DNA of 64,000 bases. Origin: Paraglomus brasilianum. Taxonomy: Eukaryota. The notes beneath the pieces were generated by a model. It made no database searches. It worked only from the letters and a program-made list of their open reading frames with translations, and was not told the DNA's origin. The stretch covers positions 1 through 64,000 of the forward strand of contig CAJVPI010000048.1 of assembly GCA_910592345.1 (NCBI GenBank). The letters are read 5' to 3'. Below are positions 62,898 through 64,000 of the stretch, one piece after another; position 1 is the stretch's first letter; each line of letters starts with the position of its first letter. The position numbers and the translations under genes were made by a program.

Positions 62898-63887
62898 ACT
62901 ACTTTTTTGTAATTTGCTTAATATTTTTTGTAAAGATTTATGGTGAACCTTAATTTTACTGATTTCTAATGAATTATCAGTGATTTCTCTAGCTTTTCAA
63001 AATATGGTTTGGATCGAGCCGGCAATTGCAAAGACTTCTACAAAGTTTTTAATCTCCCAGCCGGTTCCATAGTTCATGACGTAAATAAGGCAAAAGAGGA
63101 TGCTCAGTCCAGGAATAATCAAATTAGGCAGATAAGAGAGGGTTTTGTTTTTCAGAGAAGGACGAGTTTTTTGAAAGTTAGAATTAATTAACTTTTCCAC
63201 TTTTTGCGGTCCGGTTTTTCCTTCTAAATATTTTTCCATGGCGAAGTTTTCCTGTTGACGAAAGTGATTTTGCTGTTGGTTAATTTTCTTTTGAACTTGA
63301 TAAGCAAAAAAACTTAAAAAAGCGATGATTAGGGAAACAATTATGACAAAAAAGATGGCAAAGGCACGAACTGGAGAATTATCCTCTCCAAATTTAGCCA
63401 CAAAAATAAGAGTTAGAATAATGTTAACAATGGCCGCATATATCCGTTGAGGAACTGAAATAAAAAGGGGTACAAATAATTCGGATTCTCCAATAAAATT
63501 ACTTGATATTTCTTGATGATGTAAGCGAGTACTTTGGGGATTTTTTGCACTTCTACTAATTATTAGTTTTCGTAACTTTTTGCGGCACAGTTCCAAAGTA
63601 TAATTTTTTCAATAGTCACAGATCAGACTAGTTAGCAAACTACCAATAAAAAAACAGAAAAACGTGTACAACAGCAGGCCTCCGCGGGTTTTGATAGTAA
63701 TGGTTTTAAAAAATAATGAAGTTGGAAAGGCTGTTTTTTCATAACCTCATTTTTTTAGTCCAAAAACTGCTTGATAATAAAAAAAGGATGAAAGAAAAGT
63801 AAAAAAGTATCAGATAATTAATTCCTTACGAAGTTTTTTGAATAGTCAAGGGTACAAGGAAAAAGATTTTTTTTTAAATTCAGGCAT
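62898..63887 (-). CDS. Multi-pass membrane protein, ABC-exporter TM-domain-like; paralog of 9358-10371 (329 aa)
   Basis: Continuous code-4 frame from ATG 63887; motifs shared with 9358-10371. Confidence 0.7.
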
Positions 63888-64000
63888 AAAGGTATTTTAA
63901 AGTTTATTAGTCAAATTTCAGATCTGCTAGTTTTAAAAATTGTCCCTATTTAACTTTCTTTATAAGAAAGAAATATTTCCAAGTGTTGAAGATTATATTT

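Overview
This AT-rich bacterial DNA uses translation table 4 (TGA=Trp). Almost every gene in the supplied code-11 ORF track is split at in-frame TGA codons and rejoins when TGA is read as Trp. The reduced, shuffled gene set, many tail-anchored orphan proteins and an Ulp1-type protease domain point to a Mollicutes-related endobacterium of fungi ('Ca. Moeniiplasma'-like); this is an inference, not a database result. Housekeeping genes: asnS, rpsJ, rpmB, rny, trpS, rpsL, a sigma-70 factor, dnaG, tilS, ftsH, a YitT-family gene, rnc, ymdB, rpmH, gltX, rplM, rpsI, yebC, metG, lysS, mpg, dnaE and rnhB. Main accessory items: (1) a ~10.5 kb integrated filamentous (inovirus/plectrovirus-like) prophage at ~15.9-26.4 kb, with an HUH rolling-circle Rep, a Zot/pI ATPase, a cluster of small membrane ORFs, a 1118-codon anchored protein with one amber stop and a pseudoknotted intergenic element; (2) a probable intragenic inverton (11-bp inverted repeats, 194-bp segment) holding a membrane-anchored gene OFF; (3) a methionyl-tRNA synthetase with an inserted Nudix domain; (4) a 2930-aa coiled-coil protein with a C48 (SUMO/NEDD8-type) protease domain and an (AG)10 tract near its start; (5) a family of variable-head, tail-anchored proteins inserted between core genes; (6) a type I R-M locus with a frameshifted HsdM-HsdS fusion. 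No rRNA, tRNA or CRISPR array was recognised. Coordinates were derived by hand under code 4.
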